Source: an uncultured bacterium (lineage in GTDB: Bacteria; Zixibacteria; MSB-5A5; JAABVY01; JAHJOQ01). Taken from it: a stretch of 40,881 nucleotides of DNA. A program made the translations under genes and the position numbers. Positions 9,244 to 18,806 of this stretch are shown here, in pieces (within the stretch, counting starts at the first letter, position 1; each line of letters opens with the position of its first letter). A model generated the notes under the pieces. The model worked only from the letters and a program-made list of their open reading frames with translations. It had not been told where the DNA came from and ran no database searches. The DNA lies in contig CBDUQR010000026.1 of NCBI GenBank assembly GCA_965369655.1, forward strand, positions 1-40,881, read 5' to 3'.

Positions 9244-10258
9244 GATCGCCCAGAATCTCTTTTACGTTCCGGAGAATCATCTCCTCGTCCATGTTCGTGA
9301 AACAGAAACGCTCGTTCCTGAAACACTCCTTCGCGCCGTGCCTCGAACAGGGCGAGCAGGATTCATCGATAGTCAGGGCGCGACACTTCTCTCCGAGCGG
9401 TGCAAAACCGAGCGACGGATGAGTCGGCCCGAACAGGCCGATCGTCGGCGTCCCGACGGCTGCGGCAAGATGCATTATCCCGGAATCGTTCGACACAGCG
9501 AACCGAGCGAGAGAGATCAGTTCTGCCAGCTCCGGGATGGCAATGTCGATGGCCGTAGCGAGATTTCCAGATTTTTCGAGGTCATCGAACAGATTCAGGT
9601 AATCCCACCGCTCCTTCTCGACGATCACGATCCTGGCTCCAAGCTGTTCCACAATCCTCTCGGCGAGCCGCACCCACTGCGGTATTGGATAGTGTTTGGT
9701 CGGATGCGACGCTCCGACGGCAAGTATGGCATAGCCGCTATCTCCTGAGGTGACTTCAGAAAGTTCTTCCCGGATGGAGGTCATCTTGACAGAAGGCGTC
9801 AGATTCGGTACACGGTCGACCGGCTCTATCCCTGCTTTGTTCAGCGCAGAGAGATACAGATCGACGGTATGAAAGCCGACTGTATGGATATTCTTCCGCA
9901 CTGCACGCCGCCTCGCACGGAAGTTTTTCGGATATGTGACAATCTTCTTCGCATTCAACTGGAACTTGATCCACCAGCTTCGGAGATTGCCGTGCAGGTC
10001 GATCACAAGATCATACCGCTTGGCGCACATTCGCTTCACGCTGTCCGACAGGCCGAGGAGCGTCCCATCCCTGCCCGGTATCTGCAACTCGAACACATTA
10101 TCCACGCCCTCGAACATCATGACAACTTCGCCATATTCCGAGCGAGTCAGGAAATCGATCTCAGCGTCAGGATAAGCCGATCTCAACGATCTCACGACAG
10201 GTTCTGTCAGGATTATGTCGCCGAGGTGTGACAGCCGTATTATGAGAATATGATTCAC
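9236..10258 (-). CDS. GT9 LPS heptosyltransferase (WaaF-like)
   Basis: ILIIRLSHLGDIIL, YDLVIDLH and SNDSGIMHLAAAVGTPTIGLFGPT motifs. Confidence 0.9.
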   Translation of the reverse strand: MNHILIIRLSHLGDIILTEPVVRSLRSAYPDAEIDFLTRSEYGEVVMMFEGVDNVFELQIPGRDGTLLGLSDSVKRMCAKRYDLVIDLHGNLRSWWIKFQLNAKKIVTYPKNFRARRRAVRKNIHTVGFHTVDLYLSALNKAGIEPVDRVPNLTPSVKMTSIREELSEVTSGDSGYAILAVGASHPTKHYPIPQWVRLAERIVEQLGARIVIVEKERWDYLNLFDDLEKSGNLATAIDIAIPELAELISLARFAVSNDSGIMHLAAAVGTPTIGLFGPTHPSLGFAPLGEKCRALTIDESCSPCSRHGAKECFRNERFCFTNMDEEMILRNVKEILGDHG

Positions 10259-11052
10259 GCGACGAATATAAGCCCTGCAAGGCCGACGATCAAGGTGTAG
10301 ATGCCGAACAGATAGAACCGGCCGCTGACGACCAGCTTCTGCAGTAACATAATCGAAAAATAGCCTGAGACAAATGCCACGAACATCCCGACAAGATAGC
10401 TTGGTTCAGTGAATGCGATGCCGCCCTCGATCTTTGCAGCGGTCAGTGCGGTTGCGCCGAGGATCGCCGGTACTGACAGCACGAACGAGAAGTTGAATGC
10501 CTCGAGCCGACTGACTCCGGCGAACAGCGCCGTCGCAATTGTGGAGCCTGATCTCGAAATGCCGGGCATGATCGCCAGCGCCTGGGCGCATCCGATCAGG
10601 AACCCGCAGCGAAATCCGACACGATTCTCCCCTGGCTTTGCCAGCAGCGTGAGAAAAAGAACGGCGGAGGTGACCAGTAGCATGATCGACACTACTGTGG
10701 CCGATTGGAACGCCTGCTCGACATAATCGCCCAATAGCAGCCCGACGAGAACCGCCGGGATCGTGGCGACGGCAATCACCAGCAACAGGCGGAAATCGCG
10801 CCATGTCTTCCTGTCATCGGCTCCGGAGATCAACCGAAATGGCGAGATGAATATCCTGTTCAGTATAGGAAAGAAATAAACGCCGAGAGCGATCAGCGTC
10901 GCGAAATGTATCGCGACCTCAAAGGTGACGTCATCGGTCTTTACACCCATGAGATGCTCGGCCAGCACAAGGTGACCGGAGGATGATACGGGTAGGAACT
11001 CAGTCAGCCCCTGCACGAGGCCAAGTACAGCCGCTTCAAGAATCGACATCAA
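10255..11052 (-). CDS. uppP: Undecaprenyl-diphosphate phosphatase (BacA)
   Basis: LGLVQGLTEFLPVSSSGHL and PGISRSGSTI motifs. Confidence 0.95.
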   Translation of the reverse strand: MMSILEAAVLGLVQGLTEFLPVSSSGHLVLAEHLMGVKTDDVTFEVAIHFATLIALGVYFFPILNRIFISPFRLISGADDRKTWRDFRLLLVIAVATIPAVLVGLLLGDYVEQAFQSATVVSIMLLVTSAVLFLTLLAKPGENRVGFRCGFLIGCAQALAIMPGISRSGSTIATALFAGVSRLEAFNFSFVLSVPAILGATALTAAKIEGGIAFTEPSYLVGMFVAFVSGYFSIMLLQKLVVSGRFYLFGIYTLIVGLAGLIFVA

Positions 11053-11127
11053 TTATCCAGACCGCACCCAGGAGCTTGTTGAATAAACCTGCTGACCTGG
11101 ATTCCTGATCGACTATCGTATGATGCC

Positions 11128-11320
11128 GTCATTGCAAGCGACCGGAGGGAGCGCGGCAATCTCATGCTGTCTTGTGGCCGGCAGACCTCCCGGCAAGTCC
11201 TGATCCTCGAAGGGTCTGCCGCATTCCAACGATTGCCGACCCGATGGGGCAGACGAGGACGTCTGCCGCCCACAGGAACAAGAACTGAAATCACCACGTC
11301 GCTGACACTCCTCGTGATGA
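11128..11320. repeat. Nested REP-like composite: outer GTCATTGC-family pair, inner GTGG-family doublet, 21-bp insert
   Basis: GTCATTGCAAGC…GCGGCAATCTC (11128-11163) and a degenerate inverse at 11287-11320 enclose 11173-11274, which is closely similar to 17280-17362 apart from a 21-bp insert. Confidence 0.8.
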
Positions 11321-11364
11321 TGGGTCCGCAAACAATGCCTGTCACGGGGTTTTTCAGAAAGCCC

Positions 11365-12033
11365 CTAATAGATGGCAAAATTCACTCCGGAAATGAATCC
11401 CCACTGGTCGTCAATCTGGAACTCGCCATAGAACTGAGTGCGGTTCGAGTGGGCATATTGAACGCCGAGATTAAGACCAATATCGAAGTCGGTATCTTTG
11501 AATCCTGCGTCGTTCAGACGCTCCGCGCGGAAATTGAGCCGACCATACGGAGTCAGATTCACGTTAGGTGACACCTTGATCGGATGTGAGCCGATTATGC
11601 CGGAGCCGAGAACCCAAACTTCCGCATCCGGCCCAACATCGTAGTAATCTGCGAATAGGCTCAGAGCCATGTCGGGCATGACCCAGTCTTCCCGCTTCAG
11701 AAAATGGCTTTTCACCGACAGGCTGATCATGAAGTGAGGATCGTCGCCGCGTTCGGTATCGTCGAGACCCATTTTCACTTCGAATTCAGCATCGGACACG
11801 AGTCCCATCCTGAAGTGTCCGAAAACGGCGTTTGCATCATCGAAAAAGCCGACGTTTCCGCCGACGTCGATAGCGCCCTGCGGAACGACTTCCGCAGTCG
11901 AAAGCTGGCCGAACAGCCCGCCATCTCTGAGACCGCCGTCGCTGCTGTAGCTCAAAGCGTTATCCGATTGACCGGCAAGCACAGGCATAGTCATAAGCAG
12001 CATGCAAAAAACAACAAACACGAACTTTTTCAC
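11365..12033 (-). CDS. Hypothetical outer-membrane beta-barrel protein
   Basis: GTG start with GGGAGG upstream; signal peptide (…PVLA/G); alternating amphipathic strands; aromatic C-terminus (GVNFAIY). Confidence 0.7.
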   Translation of the reverse strand: MKKFVFVVFCMLLMTMPVLAGQSDNALSYSSDGGLRDGGLFGQLSTAEVVPQGAIDVGGNVGFFDDANAVFGHFRMGLVSDAEFEVKMGLDDTERGDDPHFMISLSVKSHFLKREDWVMPDMALSLFADYYDVGPDAEVWVLGSGIIGSHPIKVSPNVNLTPYGRLNFRAERLNDAGFKDTDFDIGLNLGVQYAHSNRTQFYGEFQIDDQWGFISGVNFAIY

Positions 12034-12461
12034 TTCACCCTCCCACAACAACTCAATTATTCTCTCGACAATCCTCTCTGTTGCTCTTACGCAGTAACCT
12101 GTCGCAACGATTCAGAAAAAATCCAGCGGCTCGTATTGATCCAGGTGAGCATCCAGAGCCCGGGAAGAAACACAGCATCCTTCCATCAGGCCGAATCTGC
12201 GCAGACTATCGTCCGGTGTCAACAAATATTTGAGATGCGCCGAAACGACCGGTCTCCCCATCTCCGGTCTTTTTTCGCCGAAACGGGAATTGCACTTGGC
12301 GATAGTAAGGCATGTATCCAAAAAATATTCCAAAAGTGATGTTCTCATATTGATGAATGTGTTATGATTATGGTGATTTGGTGTCGGGAGTATGTTGGAG
12401 GTCAACTTGTGAAACACCGCCGATTCGGTGCTTTGAACATGGATAGGCGTAGGAACAATTC

Positions 12462-13991
12462 ATGACCGTTTCTGCCGATCAATTAGTCATCAGCGTTGAA
12501 GCTCTACGAACGAGGTTTATTGGTGGATATTGCCGTAAAGCTCGTTCCGAAAATGGCCAGTTTTTGACTCCGGCACGCATCGCTGAGTTCATGGCATCAT
12601 TGTTCCGCAACCAAGTCGAAAAGGTACGGATTCTTGATCCTGGAGCGGGAGCTGGCGCCCTTTTTGCGGCATGCGTTGCAGATTTGTGCAATCGGAAAGA
12701 GCGCCCCCAATCAATTTCGGTGGTTGCCTATGAAATTGACGATGGACTTATCTCATGCTTAACAGAAACAATGGAACTTTGTCGTGATGTGTGTCGCAAA
12801 ACTGGAGTTCGGTTCGACGGTAGTGTATTGCACGAAGATTTCATACCTGCGGCTCTTGAACAGACAGACCATAGCCTTTTTGCCCCAGAGCAACGGACGT
12901 TTACGCATGTGATATTGAACCCTCCATACAAGAAGATCAACGGACGATCTCCCACTCGGAAATCCTTGGACGCAGCGGGAATGGGAACTTCAAATCTTTA
13001 CACGGCATTTGTCTGGCTTGCGGCGCGAATGTTGGAGCCAGACGGGGAGTTGGTCGCAATTACACCACGTAGCTTCTGCAACGGGCCGTATTTTCGGCGG
13101 TTTCGAAAGGCGCTTCTCGAATTAACGAGCCTAAGGCACATTCATGTTTTCGACTCACGCAAAAAGGCGTTCTCGGACGATGGCGTTTTGCAGGAGAACG
13201 TGATCTTCCGTGCAATTCGTAATCGTCCCAATCCTGCGAAGGTGACTATTTCTTCCACAAGTGGGGCTGAGTTTAGCGCTCTCAAGACGAGGACAGTACC
13301 ATATGAACGCGTCATTCAGCCTGATGATCCAGATATGTTTATCCATCTGGTGCAGGACGAAAAGGATGACTATGTCATAGAACGCATGAGGACCCTCAGT
13401 GCCAGCTTAGAGGTTTTAGGGTTAGATGTATCGACAGGACGAGTTGTCGATTTCCGGGCAAAGAGATTCCTGCAGCAGGAGCCGAATGAGAAAACTGTGC
13501 CGCTAATCTATCCGTGCCACCTGCGGAACGGCTTTGTGGACTGGCCGAAATTGGATGGGAGGAAACCTAATGCCATTTTGTCCAGTTCGGAGACCGCTGA
13601 TTTGATGGTATCTTCGGGATACTATGTGTTAACAAAACGGTTTACTTCCAAGGAAGAGCGACGTCGTGTCGTGGCAAGCGTCTTCGATCCTCAAAGGTGT
13701 GAATCTCCCCTTATCGGGTTTGAAAATCACCTGAACTACTACCATGCGAAAGGCGCAGGAATATCGGCAAACTTGGCGAAAGGCTTGGCGCTATTCCTGA
13801 ACTCCACGTTGTTTGATGCATTTTTTCGCTTGTTCAGCGGCCATACCCAGGTTAATGCAACTGATCTTAGGAAAATGCGGTATCCATCGCGCGAAGAACT
13901 GTTGCGATTAGGTGCACTCGTAGAAGAACAAATGCCAGAGCAAGAAATTCTTGACGAGATTGTGGAAAAGGAAATCAGCTTCAGTGCGTAG
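12462..13991 (+). CDS. Type II N6-adenine DNA methyltransferase, BsuBI/PstI (Eco57I-domain) family
   Basis: GQFLTP, ILDPGAGAG, ILNPPY, NLYTAF, ITPRSFCNGPYF, GFENHLN and SGHTQVNATDL motifs. Confidence 0.92.
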   Translation: MTVSADQLVISVEALRTRFIGGYCRKARSENGQFLTPARIAEFMASLFRNQVEKVRILDPGAGAGALFAACVADLCNRKERPQSISVVAYEIDDGLISCLTETMELCRDVCRKTGVRFDGSVLHEDFIPAALEQTDHSLFAPEQRTFTHVILNPPYKKINGRSPTRKSLDAAGMGTSNLYTAFVWLAARMLEPDGELVAITPRSFCNGPYFRRFRKALLELTSLRHIHVFDSRKKAFSDDGVLQENVIFRAIRNRPNPAKVTISSTSGAEFSALKTRTVPYERVIQPDDPDMFIHLVQDEKDDYVIERMRTLSASLEVLGLDVSTGRVVDFRAKRFLQQEPNEKTVPLIYPCHLRNGFVDWPKLDGRKPNAILSSSETADLMVSSGYYVLTKRFTSKEERRRVVASVFDPQRCESPLIGFENHLNYYHAKGAGISANLAKGLALFLNSTLFDAFFRLFSGHTQVNATDLRKMRYPSREELLRLGALVEEQMPEQEILDEIVEKEISFSA

Positions 13992-14949
13992 GAAAGAACA
14001 ACAGGCAAGAATCCAGAAGAAGATAGAGCAGGTACTGGAAGTCCTGAAGGCGCTTGGATTACCAAGGCAACAACAGAATGAGCGTTCAGCGTTGACATTG
14101 CTTTCGCTGCTCGGCCTCAAGCCAGATGATGAATGGGCCGATGCCCAAGCCCCTCTTATGGGCATCACTCCAATGATGGAATTCTTTGCGGAACATTACG
14201 GAAAACGGTACAAACCAAATACGCGTGAAACCGTTCGCCGCCAAACCGTCCACCAGTTCTTGCAGGCCGCGTTGATCGTATTGAATCCAGATGAACCCGC
14301 CAGGTCGACAAACAGCCCCAATGCGGTATATCAAATCGAGTCTTCCGCAGTGAAGTTGCTCAGAAGATTCGAGAAGCCCGACTGGCCGCGAAAGTTGGAG
14401 GAGTACCTGCGTAGCGTTCCATCGTTGAAGGAGCAATATGCGCAAGAACGCGAGATGCTGCGCATTCCTGTACAATTGGCAAATGGGGGAGAAATCCACC
14501 TGTCGCCGGGCGGTCAAAACGTGCTGGTCAAGAAAATCATCGACGACTTCTGTGCCCTTTTCACACCAGGAGCTGAAACCATCTATGTGGGCGACACACA
14601 GGACAAATGGGCTTACTTCAATAGGTCAGCCCTGGAATCATTGGGCGTAGAGATCGAAGAGCACGGGAAAATGCCTGATGTAGTTATTCATCATGGGCAA
14701 AAGGACTGGCTTGTCCTCGTGGAAGCGGTAACCAGTCATGGCCCTGTAAATCCCAAGCGACATCAGGAACTGAAGGAACTGTTCGGCGGATCGAAAGTTG
14801 GGCTTGTCTATGTAACTGCCTTCCTGGACCGGCGAACCATGGTCAGGTATTTGGATGATATAGCGTGGGAAACTGAAGTGTGGGTCGCCGAATCGCCGAC
14901 ACACTTGATTCATTTCAATGGGGAGCGATTCCTTGGACCATATGGTTAA
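13951..14949 (+). CDS. BsuBI/PstI-family type II restriction endonuclease
   Basis: YKPNTRETVRRQT, LSPGGQN, GKMPDVV…EAVTSHGP, IAWETEVW…HLIHFNGERFLGPY; overlaps the MTase end. True start may be GTG 13984. Confidence 0.92.
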   Translation: MTRLWKRKSASVRRKEQQARIQKKIEQVLEVLKALGLPRQQQNERSALTLLSLLGLKPDDEWADAQAPLMGITPMMEFFAEHYGKRYKPNTRETVRRQTVHQFLQAALIVLNPDEPARSTNSPNAVYQIESSAVKLLRRFEKPDWPRKLEEYLRSVPSLKEQYAQEREMLRIPVQLANGGEIHLSPGGQNVLVKKIIDDFCALFTPGAETIYVGDTQDKWAYFNRSALESLGVEIEEHGKMPDVVIHHGQKDWLVLVEAVTSHGPVNPKRHQELKELFGGSKVGLVYVTAFLDRRTMVRYLDDIAWETEVWVAESPTHLIHFNGERFLGPYG

Positions 14950-15141
14950 TTGATTGCATCAAGACCGTCCTTCGCTACGCTCTTTCCGATTTACCAATTC
15001 ATCTGATAGTCCTTCATCTCTTTCTCGCCACTTATTCCCCAACGGACCTTCTGACTACCGGGTCCCCATCTCACACCTTTTTTCTGTTGACCTTTGGCGA
15101 TCTCAGTGTTAATTGCCCAAGTCAATTTACCGGGAGGCCTG

Positions 15142-16237
15142 ATGGCTCAACAGACTGAATACGATCTCACACTTTTCGAACAAAAGCTCGAACAGATTCG
15201 AGGTTATCTTTGACGTCGAAAATCGCCTCACTTCAATAGCGAAACTCGAAAAAGAGACGACGGCTGAGGGCTTCTGGAACAACACGGCCAAAGCACAGGC
15301 TGTGCTCAAGCGACTTAAACTCGATAGAAATATCCTTAAAGAACTTGACGAGTTGAAGAAGGAGTTCGACGATCTCGAAGTCCTCGATGAATTCTGTCGG
15401 GAAGACGACACGGGCGACACTCAGAAGGAATTCGAGGAGACCGCCGATTCGTTCGCCCGGAGACTCGCCAGCTTCGAACTGAAAACATACCTCTCGGAAC
15501 CCGAGGATCCGAACAATGCATTGCTAACGATCCATCCCGGCGCCGGCGGTACTGAATCGATGGACTGGGCAGCCATGCTCCTGAGAATGTACCTCAGGTG
15601 GGCCGAGCAGAACGGCTACGAAACCGATACGATCGATTTTCAGTCAGGCGACGAAGCGGGAGTGAAATCGGCCACAGTCGAAATCAAGGGTGACTACGCC
15701 TATGGATTCCTTAAGTGCGAGTCGGGCGTGCACAGACTCGTGCGGATTTCGCCGTTCGACGCCAACAGCCGGAGACATACATCATTCTGCTCCATCTTCG
15801 TCTACCCGGAAGTGGAAGGCGATATCGACATCGAGATAAAGAGCGATGATCTCAGGATCGATACATATCGCGCGTCAGGCGCAGGTGGCCAGCATGTGAA
15901 CAAAGTCTCGTCGGCGGTGCGGATCACGCACAACCCGACCGGAGTCACCGTGCAGTGTCAGTCTGAGCGTTCGCAACTGAAGAATCGTGAATCGGCAATG
16001 AAAGTACTCAAGGCTCGCCTGTATCAACTCGAGAAGGAAAAAGAAGAAAAGAGAAAGCAAAAGCTCGAATCAACCAAGATGAAAATCGAGTGGGGGTCCC
16101 AGATCAGATCGTACGTTTTTCACCCGTACAACATGGTCAAAGATCACCGCACGGATTATGAGACGTCGAATGTCGACAAGGTAATGGACGGAGATATTTC
16201 CGATTTCATAAACGCATATCTTGCTTCAAACAAATAG
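15142..16237 (+). CDS. prfB: Peptide chain release factor 2 with programmed +1 frameshift (about 364 aa)
   Basis: GGGAGG then ATG 15142; 23 codons to CTT-TGA-C (15208-15214); the +1 frame joins the 15302 ORF, which has SPF and GAGGQ motifs. Confidence 0.96.
15199..15214 (+). promoter_or_regulatory. prfB autoregulatory frameshift site
   Basis: CGAGGT-TAT-CTT-TGA-C: internal SD-like sequence plus the canonical shift site. Confidence 0.92.
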
Positions 16238-16249
16238 TTGGAGGAACAG

Positions 16250-17245
16250 ATGAGTATTTTGACGAAAGTGCAGGATAAGGCCAAGACACTGAAGAGACAT
16301 GTTGTCCTGCCGGAAGGCGAAGAACCCCGTGTCGTGCAGGCGGCTAAGAAGATACTGAGCAATGAAATCGCAAAGGTCACGCTCCTTGGAAACGAGTCTA
16401 AGATCGCCGAGCTCGCCAAAGAGCATGGCCTGAATCTCCGCAAAGTCCAGGTGATCGATCCTGCGACCTCGCCGAAGCTGTATGAATATGCACAGGAGTT
16501 CAAGGAGATGCGCAAGGCCAAAGGCATCACCGACGAGCAGGCGGAAGCGACGATGCAGCAAGTTCTGTATTATGGAGCGATGATGGTCAGGCATGGTGAG
16601 GTTGACGGCTCTGTCGCCGGTTCTGTTCATACCACCGGCGACGTACTGCGCGCCGGCATACAGGTGATCGGTCTCGCCGAAGGTATCAGGTCGGTCTCGT
16701 CCTGCTTCATGATGGTCGTGCCGGAGTTCATGGGCGAGTACAACAAGGTGTTCCTGTTTGCCGACGGCGCGGTCATTCCCAACCCGTCAGCCGAACAGCT
16801 CGGATCGGTCGCTGTGTCGACCGCCCGCACTATGAAAGTCCTCGTCGGAGAAGAGCCGAGAGTCGCGATGCTCTCGTTCTCGACAAAAGGCTCGGCGGAG
16901 CACGCCGACGTCGAGAAGGTGCGCAAAGCTCTGGCAATAGCGAAGACGATCGATCCCGACTTGATAATAGACGGTGAGCTTCAGGTCGACGCCGCCATCA
17001 TTCCTAAGATTGCGGACTCGAAGGCGCCGGGGTCACCGGTCGAGGGCAAGGCAAACGTGCTCGTGTTTCCGGACCTCGACGCTGGAAATATCGCGTACAA
17101 GATCGTCCAGCGGCTGGCCAAAGCCGAAGCAATCGGACCGATCATCCAGGGTCTGGCGAAACCGGCCAACGATCTGTCGCGCGGCTGCTCGCCGAACGAC
17201 ATCGTGAATGTAACAGCAATCGCTATGATTCTCAGCACCTTGTAG
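16250..17245 (+). CDS. pta: Phosphate acetyltransferase
   Basis: VVLPEGEEPR, RVAMLSFSTKGSA, DGELQVDAA, FPDLDAGNIAYK and NDLSRGC motifs; GGAGG before ATG 16250. Confidence 0.95.
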   Translation: MSILTKVQDKAKTLKRHVVLPEGEEPRVVQAAKKILSNEIAKVTLLGNESKIAELAKEHGLNLRKVQVIDPATSPKLYEYAQEFKEMRKAKGITDEQAEATMQQVLYYGAMMVRHGEVDGSVAGSVHTTGDVLRAGIQVIGLAEGIRSVSSCFMMVVPEFMGEYNKVFLFADGAVIPNPSAEQLGSVAVSTARTMKVLVGEEPRVAMLSFSTKGSAEHADVEKVRKALAIAKTIDPDLIIDGELQVDAAIIPKIADSKAPGSPVEGKANVLVFPDLDAGNIAYKIVQRLAKAEAIGPIIQGLAKPANDLSRGCSPNDIVNVTAIAMILSTL

Positions 17246-17279
17246 AAAGGACGTTTTGAATAACGTGGTAAGCTCATAC

Positions 17280-17362
17280 TGTGGCCGGCAGACCTCCCGG
17301 TCTGCCGCATTGCAGCGGTGCCGACCCGACGACGGGGCAGACGAGGACGTCTGCCGCCCACA
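17280..17362. repeat. REP doublet (GTGG/GTAG type), insert-free allele
   Basis: TGTGGCCGGCAGAC-CTCCCG-GTCTGCC…GGCAGAC-GAGGAC-GTCTGCCGCCCACA: two inverted hairpins with GTGG feet. Confidence 0.85.
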
Positions 17363-17444
17363 GGACGGCGGGATCAATTCGATGACTGCATTGTTACAGG
17401 ACGGAAGAGTCTGCGCGAAGCCGCATATCGGAGGATAAAAAGAA

Positions 17445-17735
17445 ATGCCAACTTATGAATATCGCTGCAAGACATGCGGGTATGAGTTCGAAGAGTTTCA
17501 GAGCATAGTTGACCCGCCGTTGACCAGGTGCCCCAAGTGCAGCGGATTGATCGAACGCTTGATATCCGGAGGCGGAGGATTGCTCTTCAAGGGAACCGGC
17601 TTCTACCTGACCGATTACCGATCGGAAAGCTACAAGAAAGCGGCTGCCGCCGACAGTGCGAGTGGATCAACATCAAGCTCCTCGAAATCGTCCGGATCGA
17701 AATCAACCTCCAAAGGAAACTCCAAGTCCGGATGA
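17445..17735 (+). CDS. FmdB-family zinc ribbon protein
   Basis: MPTYEYRCKTCG…CPKC…FKGTGFYLTDY followed by a Ser/Lys-rich tail. Confidence 0.93.
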   Translation: MPTYEYRCKTCGYEFEEFQSIVDPPLTRCPKCSGLIERLISGGGGLLFKGTGFYLTDYRSESYKKAAAADSASGSTSSSSKSSGSKSTSKGNSKSG

Positions 17736-17752
17736 GATAAACTGGATCGGGT

Positions 17753-17890
17753 ATGAAGGCTGTCGACCTACTCAAGGGGGAATTCGCCGACCTCGTCGAT
17801 GAAGTCGGCGATAACACAATCAAGCTGTTCAGGCTGATCAGGAAATCGTTTGATCCACACGGCATTTTTAACCCGGGCAAGACATTCTGA
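17753..17890 (+). pseudogene. 45-aa remnant carrying the C-terminus of an FAD-linked oxidase (GlcD/Dld family)
   Basis: Translates MKAVDLLKGEFADLVDEVGDNTIKLFRLIRKSFDPHGIFNPGKTF*; DPxGIxNPGK is the family's C-terminal signature. Too short for the ORF track. Confidence 0.65.
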
Positions 17891-18168
17891 GGAGAAATCA
17901 GCAAGCCAGTTCAGTGGATGGAGAAGGCGGTCGCATTAGCGGCCGCCTGAGGATTTGAGAAGATAATAGTTCGAAGCAGATGAATAATGCTCTCGTCTTG
18001 TCTTACGCGCATACGTAAGAAAGGTTCGATGTTTTTGAACTTCACTGCCGAATTCTCAGCGTTGCATAGAAATGTCCGGCGCTCTTTTTTTTCTTGAATA
18101 AGTTTCATCCATTGCAGTAATTTCAATGAAGTTCGAGTCTGGGCTCTTGGAGACGTGCGAGGAAAGTC

Positions 18169-18699
18169 ATGGATACAATACGATCGGGAGTAGTCTTCAG
18201 CGAGGAGCAGCGATTCACGCAGGTCTGGCTATGGATTCTTATCATTGCCTCATCGCTGATGATGATCGGGATTTTCGGCTACGGCATGTTCAAGCAATTC
18301 GTCATTGGGGAACCGTGGGGCGACCACCCGATGTCCGACACCGCGCTCGCGATCATGGGACCGATCTATGTGCTGTTCGGGATCGCACTGTATGTATCAT
18401 TCCGAACCACCCGACTCGTCACGCAGGTGCGGCACGACGCGCTGTACATCAGGTTCTACCCCTTCCATATTCGCTTCAAGCGATTCCGCTACGATGAGAT
18501 TGAGAAGTACGAGATTGTCGATTACAGGCCGATTCGCGATTACGGCGGGTGGGGAATCAAGAAAGGTCTGAAGGGCTGGGCATACAATGTCAGTGGCAGC
18601 AGGGGCGTCCTGTTGACGTTTCACACCGGCAAGAAACTCCTCATCGGCTCACAGAAACCACACGAACTGGTCGGTGCAATCGATTCGGTGGAGAGATAG
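18169..18699 (+). CDS. DUF6141-like membrane protein
   Basis: FSEEQRFTQ, two TM helices, YRPIRDYGGWGI and LLIGSQKP motifs. Confidence 0.8.
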   Translation: MDTIRSGVVFSEEQRFTQVWLWILIIASSLMMIGIFGYGMFKQFVIGEPWGDHPMSDTALAIMGPIYVLFGIALYVSFRTTRLVTQVRHDALYIRFYPFHIRFKRFRYDEIEKYEIVDYRPIRDYGGWGIKKGLKGWAYNVSGSRGVLLTFHTGKKLLIGSQKPHELVGAIDSVER

Positions 18700-18711
18700 A
18701 ATTCGCAGCGT

Positions 18712-18739
18712 CGTCATTCCCGCGAAGGCGGGAATCCAG
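18712..18739 (+). repeat. dRS3-like REP, left arm of a perfect 28-bp inverted repeat
   Basis: CGTCATTCCCGCGAAGGCGGGAATCCAG, exact reverse complement of 19703-19730. Confidence 0.92.
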
Positions 18740-18768
18740 TTGACTGTTAACCCTGATACGTCTATTAT
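18740..18768 (+). promoter_or_regulatory. Candidate sigma70 promoter for the AbiJ-like gene
   Basis: TTGACT (18740-18745), 17 bp, TATTAT (18763-18768), beginning at the first base after the repeat. Confidence 0.55.
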
Positions 18769-18806
18769 TAGGCACGGATTATGTTATTGGATCGGGGAAA
18801 AGACAA

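Noticed and set aside
11049-11571. ORFs 11049-11378, 11113-11331 and 11164-11571, and similarly 16981-17438 and 21124-21339
   Set aside because: Their shared peptides (GGRRPRLP, CGRQTS, GRLPPT) are translations of REP repeats, not a protein family.
12112-12417. Possible controller (C) protein upstream of the R-M genes
   Set aside because: No HTH motif; the composition looks non-coding.
17911-18126. 71-aa minus-strand ORF
   Set aside because: TTG start, no RBS, no recognisable motif, and opposite to its neighbours; a foreign gene fragment cannot be excluded.
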